From positions 1 through 26,984 of IMG/VR virus record IMGVR_UViG_3300020045_016803: a stretch of DNA of 26,984 nucleotides. One strand, written 5' to 3'. The notes under the pieces are model-generated. The model saw only the letters and a list, made by a program, of their open reading frames with translations, ran no database searches and was not told where the DNA came from. The position numbers and the translations under genes are program-made. Positions 24,149 through 26,984 of the stretch are shown piece by piece; the first letter of the stretch is position 1; each line of letters opens with the position of its first letter. The stretch is from a virus. Taxonomy: Duplodnaviria > Caudoviricetes.

Positions 24149-24433
24149 ATGAGCATCACCAAAGCAATATTAAGCCTTCCAGTATTTGTAAAGGTGCCGG
24201 AAGGCCCGGAGTTTGAACTTAAAATAAGCCACAACGGCCCTAATATCACCCTGGCCTATGTATTTCTAACCACGCCAAAATCAGGGTATTGGGACAATCC
24301 ATATTTGCGTGAGGAAAAACCATACACATGCACTTTTCTATACCTGTCCGAGTGGATAGAAACAGATGCTGATTTGTTGCGGGCTATTGAAGAAACAAAA
24401 AAGTTTTTGAACAAAAACGGATTAATGCCATGA
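24149..24433 (+). CDS. Hypothetical protein (94 aa)
   Basis: ATG 24149; ATGA overlap with next gene. Confidence 0.7.
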   Translation: MSITKAILSLPVFVKVPEGPEFELKISHNGPNITLAYVFLTTPKSGYWDNPYLREEKPYTCTFLYLSEWIETDADLLRAIEETKKFLNKNGLMP

Positions 24434-24654
24434 CATACAAATATTCATTCGATGAAGATCAAAAAATGGTTATAGTGGCCCTTGATGACACAAGTTTTTT
24501 GGTTTTTACGCCGTCAGGAAATTACATTGCTCCTAATCCTCACCGGCATGCAATTATTGCAGATGTCGGCGAAATAGAGGCAACAGGAAATGAAAATACA
24601 CACGAACTTCTGTTTAAAATCAGAAAGCACATTGATAAAAAAAATAATCCATGA
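24430..24654 (+). CDS. Hypothetical protein (74 aa)
   Basis: Ends just before hairpin site 1. Confidence 0.7.
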   Translation: MTYKYSFDEDQKMVIVALDDTSFLVFTPSGNYIAPNPHRHAIIADVGEIEATGNENTHELLFKIRKHIDKKNNP

Positions 24655-24660
24655 ATTTAA

Positions 24661-24721
24661 TAACTGAATGCGCCCACGACGGGCGCGACGCATAGCGCGG
24701 CTTTACGGGGGCGCGGCGTTA
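24661..24721. mobile_element. attC-like hairpin site 1
   Basis: TAAC...GTTA, 61 bp, GC-rich imperfect inverted repeat; near-identical to site 4. Confidence 0.75.
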
Positions 24722-24754
24722 TGCGGATTTTTTGCCCCAGAAACATTCGACAAA

Positions 24755-24886
24755 ATGAATACATACGCAGTAACAGGAACGTTTCACGGCTCGATTGTCT
24801 ATGCAAACTGTGAAGGCGATGCCCGCAGGGCATTTCACAAGAAGTACAACGGCGAATTAATTACCCATATTCACCGAATTTTTTAA
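24755..24886 (+). CDS. Cassette ORF (43 aa)
   Basis: Flanked by GTTATGCGG (24718) and CCGCGTAAC (24891). Confidence 0.6.
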   Translation: MNTYAVTGTFHGSIVYANCEGDARRAFHKKYNGELITHIHRIF

Positions 24887-24895
24887 TATCCCGCG

Positions 24896-24954
24896 TAACT
24901 GGTGCTTGTACGCCGCTCGCCGTTTAGGCGAAGGTGTACGGGCAAGCATGGTTA
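24896..24954. mobile_element. attC-like hairpin site 2
   Basis: 59 bp; TGCTTG/CAAGCA, TACGCC/GGTGTA, TCGCC/GGCGA stems. Confidence 0.75.
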
Positions 24955-24977
24955 TTCAAACCTTTAATTTTTTCTTT

Positions 24978-25160
24978 ATGCAAACAATGTTGATTTACCT
25001 AAAAAAAGATTTCCCGTGTGGTCGTGGAAAAATCAAGGCTGGAACTTCTTGCATTTGGCATGGAGCAAGAGACAAAGACGGGAAACGAATCGTTGGCCCA
25101 AAAGGGAAAAACGGGAAATTTTACCTAACACGTCACATTCCTGATTCTTATTTTGAATAA
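24978..25160 (+). CDS. Cassette ORF (60 aa, basic)
   Basis: Flanked by GTTATTCAAA (24951) and TTTGAATAAC (25152); stop codon lies in the TAAC. Confidence 0.65.
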   Translation: MQTMLIYLKKDFPCGRGKIKAGTSCIWHGARDKDGKRIVGPKGKNGKFYLTRHIPDSYFE

Positions 25161-25217
25161 CTGGAGCACTGCCGACGTAGCCGCGTTTAGTCGGATATGA
25201 CAGGTAGTGCGGGGTTA
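25158..25217. mobile_element. attC-like hairpin site 3
   Basis: 60 bp; GCACTGCC/GGTAGTGC, CGTA/TATG, CCG/CGG stems. Confidence 0.75.
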
Positions 25218-25230
25218 CACACACTTACCT

Positions 25231-25425
25231 ATGGAACTCACAAAAAAGGAAAAGCAAATAATTGCCGGGCTTAAATCTGGCGGTGTCCTGATTACTGGTA
25301 AATACCCTTCCGTTGCCTTTAAAGACGGCCGCCCTGACATCCATTTTTCGTTTGCAAAATTCTGCGATCTACAATACAAGGGAGTTTTGCGCGAATGGAA
25401 TGGCGATTTTGTTCTTTGTGTGTAA
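25231..25425 (+). CDS. Cassette ORF (64 aa, possibly winged-helix-like)
   Basis: Flanked by GTTACACACA (25214) and TGTGTGTAAC (25417); stop codon in the TAAC. Confidence 0.65.
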   Translation: MELTKKEKQIIAGLKSGGVLITGKYPSVAFKDGRPDIHFSFAKFCDLQYKGVLREWNGDFVLCV

Positions 25426-25483
25426 CTGAGTGCGCCCACGATGGGCGCGACGCATAGCGCGGCTGTACGGGGGCGCTGAGTTA
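25423..25483. mobile_element. attC-like hairpin site 4
   Basis: 61 bp; near-identical to site 1. Confidence 0.75.
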
Positions 25484-25516
25484 TGCGGATTTTTCATCCC
25501 GGTAAAATATAATGCC

Positions 25517-25729
25517 ATGATAGAATTAGGCAGAGCACGAATTACTGCAACGGACATACTCGCCTTTCCAAAAGGCACGATTGTGAATATAGGGGAGTTA
25601 GATGACGGTGACGAAACCGCAAGCGGTGCGGATGCGGAAGGCGGCGAATTGGTTGCATACGTCGCAGACGGTGATAGTAGTCACGATGTAGACGTAACCG
25701 AAGATGACTTTGTTTTTATCCCCGCATAA
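25517..25729 (+). CDS. Cassette ORF (70 aa, highly acidic)
   Basis: Flanked by GTTATGCGG (25480) and CCGCATAAC (25722); stop codon in the TAAC. Confidence 0.65.
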   Translation: MIELGRARITATDILAFPKGTIVNIGELDDGDETASGADAEGGELVAYVADGDSSHDVDVTEDDFVFIPA

Positions 25730-25785
25730 CTCCAAGCCCCACGAAGCCGCCGCGCACAGCGGCGGTTTTCGGGCGGCGGCAGTTA
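25727..25785. mobile_element. attC-like hairpin site 5 (terminal)
   Basis: 59 bp; AAGCCGCCGC/GCGGCGGTTT stem. Confidence 0.72.
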
Positions 25786-25792
25786 TCCGTAC

Positions 25793-25828
25793 AAAATGCC
25801 CGGCACGTACCCCGCGCCGGGCATTTTT
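25793..25828. terminator. Terminator closing the cassette operon
   Basis: AAAATGCCCGGC...GCCGGGCATTTTT. Confidence 0.8.
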
Positions 25829-25917
25829 ATTCCTACCCACCTGCGGCTATTTGTAGCCATTTGTAACCAACTGCCGCGCCGCTTTGTCTGGCGCAGTTCC
25901 CGCCCCACATTCGTGGC

Positions 25918-26430
25918 ATGAAAGCACGCGAGGTACTTTTGTGGGGTGGACTTGTCGGTGTAGCATTCTTGTTACTGCGCCGCCAATTAGGCCGTTTCAC
26001 CGTAGGCAATGCCATCATCGACAGCCTTCGGTTGGAACCCGGCGGCGTACTCATCAATGTGAAACTGCCCATCGTCAACCGCTCCGACATTGCGGTACCA
26101 ATTTCGGGTTTCATTGGCGTGCTCACCTACAACGGTACCCAGATCGGTACCACCTACCTGAATCAGGCTACCATAATCCAACCCCGCAGTGTATCGGCCC
26201 CCGTTTTCGGTACACATATCAGTATGCTATCCGTGCTCACCAGCACGCCGTTGCTTTCCCTGCTCAACAGTCTGGCACAGAAGTACCTGGGCATTTCTAT
26301 TCCAGGCATCCCAGCCAACAAGCCGCTGGAGGGCGACGCCATTGCCAAGTACCTCGGAGGGCTACGCCTTACCGGTACGGTGTACGCCGCTAACTTGAGC
26401 ATTGACATAGACCAACCGCTGACCGCATGA
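25918..26430 (+). CDS. LEA_2/WHy-like domain protein with N-terminal TM; first gene of structural module
   Basis: VKLPIVNRSDIAVPISGFIGVLTYNGTQIG matches the LEA_2 pattern. Confidence 0.72.
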   Translation: MKAREVLLWGGLVGVAFLLLRRQLGRFTVGNAIIDSLRLEPGGVLINVKLPIVNRSDIAVPISGFIGVLTYNGTQIGTTYLNQATIIQPRSVSAPVFGTHISMLSVLTSTPLLSLLNSLAQKYLGISIPGIPANKPLEGDAIAKYLGGLRLTGTVYAANLSIDIDQPLTA

Positions 26431-26984
26431 CCCGACCACGCCGCGCCGCACTCCATCGAGGGCGCAGCGGGGCCACCTCGTGCGACCCGGCGCAGATCAT
26501 ACGCCACAGCCCCCAAACCGAAATACTGCGGCACCGCAACGGCGGCACCGACGACATCATTGAGGCAATACTGTACATGGACGCGCACAGCGCCGAATGG
26601 ATCACCGACCGCGTAGAATGCCTGCGCGGCGACACCGACCACGACACGCTGCGCAACGTGTGGGCATTCGTGACCCACACCGTACCAAACGCAAACCTTC
26701 GGTACCGGACCGACAGACCAGGGCACGAGCGCGTAAAATCGCCAGGTGCCCTGTACTCCAGCGGACACGGCGACTGCAAGAGCTTTAGCATAGCCATAGC
26801 GGCCATGCTGCGCACGCTCGGCATACCATACCGGTACCGGTTCACGGCATACGCGCCCGGCGACTACACACACGTGTATGTGGTAGCCACGGCGCCCGAC
26901 ACTGGAAACGACATAATACTGGACGCGGTACATACCGCCTACGACGAGGAAGTACCATACTACAAGAAAAAGGACATACGCCCA
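26427..26984 (+). CDS. Transglutaminase-like cysteine protease, 5' part (continues at 122-232; missed by ORF track)
   Basis: My translation: VWAFV...YRTD...VKSPGAL...GDCKSFSIAIAAMLRTLGIP...THVYVV...ILDAV (Cys-His-Asp). Confidence 0.88.
   Translation, partial: MTRPRRAALHRGRSGATSCDPAQIIRHSPQTEILRHRNGGTDDIIEAILYMDAHSAEWITDRVECLRGDTDHDTLRNVWAFVTHTVPNANLRYRTDRPGHERVKSPGALYSSGHGDCKSFSIAIAAMLRTLGIPYRYRFTAYAPGDYTHVYVVATAPDTGNDIILDAVHTAYDEEVPYYKKKDIRP
26864..26984. repeat. Terminal direct repeat, right copy
   Basis: Identical to 1-121. Confidence 0.97.

Noticed and set aside
24668-25516. Upstream starts at 24668, 24906, 25207 and 25430 giving MRPRxARRIARLYGG N-termini
   Set aside because: They lie inside the GC-rich hairpins; downstream ATGs with A/T-rich leaders are more plausible, although readthrough is not excluded
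273-26933. Many overlapping antisense or alternate-frame ORFs in the track (e.g. 3758-4510, 15353-16096, 21029-21829, 26163-26933)
   Set aside because: Shadows of well-supported genes in GC-rich DNA, with no recognisable motifs

Overview
The window is a complete circular element of 26,863 bp; bases 1-121 are repeated exactly at 26864-26984 as the assembly overlap. It is most likely the excised form of a temperate, tailless, membrane-containing dsDNA virus of a Bacteroidota host. The host is inferred from TAnnTTTG promoter elements, SD-less A/C-rich leaders and the integrase type. The virion/lysis module (25918 across the junction to 10470) encodes an LEA_2-like protein, a transglutaminase-like Cys protease, a Lys/Arg-rich protein, two candidate jelly-roll capsid proteins, a 1165-aa signal-peptide-bearing spike, a membrane-anchored GH108 lysozyme and a holin-like protein. 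The lysogeny module has a tyrosine integrase, an attP matching a tRNA-Gly 3' end and a repressor/Cro-like switch. The replication module has a DnaG-SF3 primase-helicase fusion, a cytosine methyltransferase and an iteron-rich origin. Three glycosyltransferases are also present. I see no terminase, portal, tail or packaging ATPase. The most striking feature is at 24.66-25.79 kb: five 59-61 bp TAAC...GTTA hairpin sites separate small ORFs, and the two ends of each gene unit are reverse-complementary. This is the signature of an integron-like cassette array, but there is no IntI gene, and the sites appear to travel upstream of their genes (inverted polarity). All functional calls come from motif recognition by eye; no searches were run.
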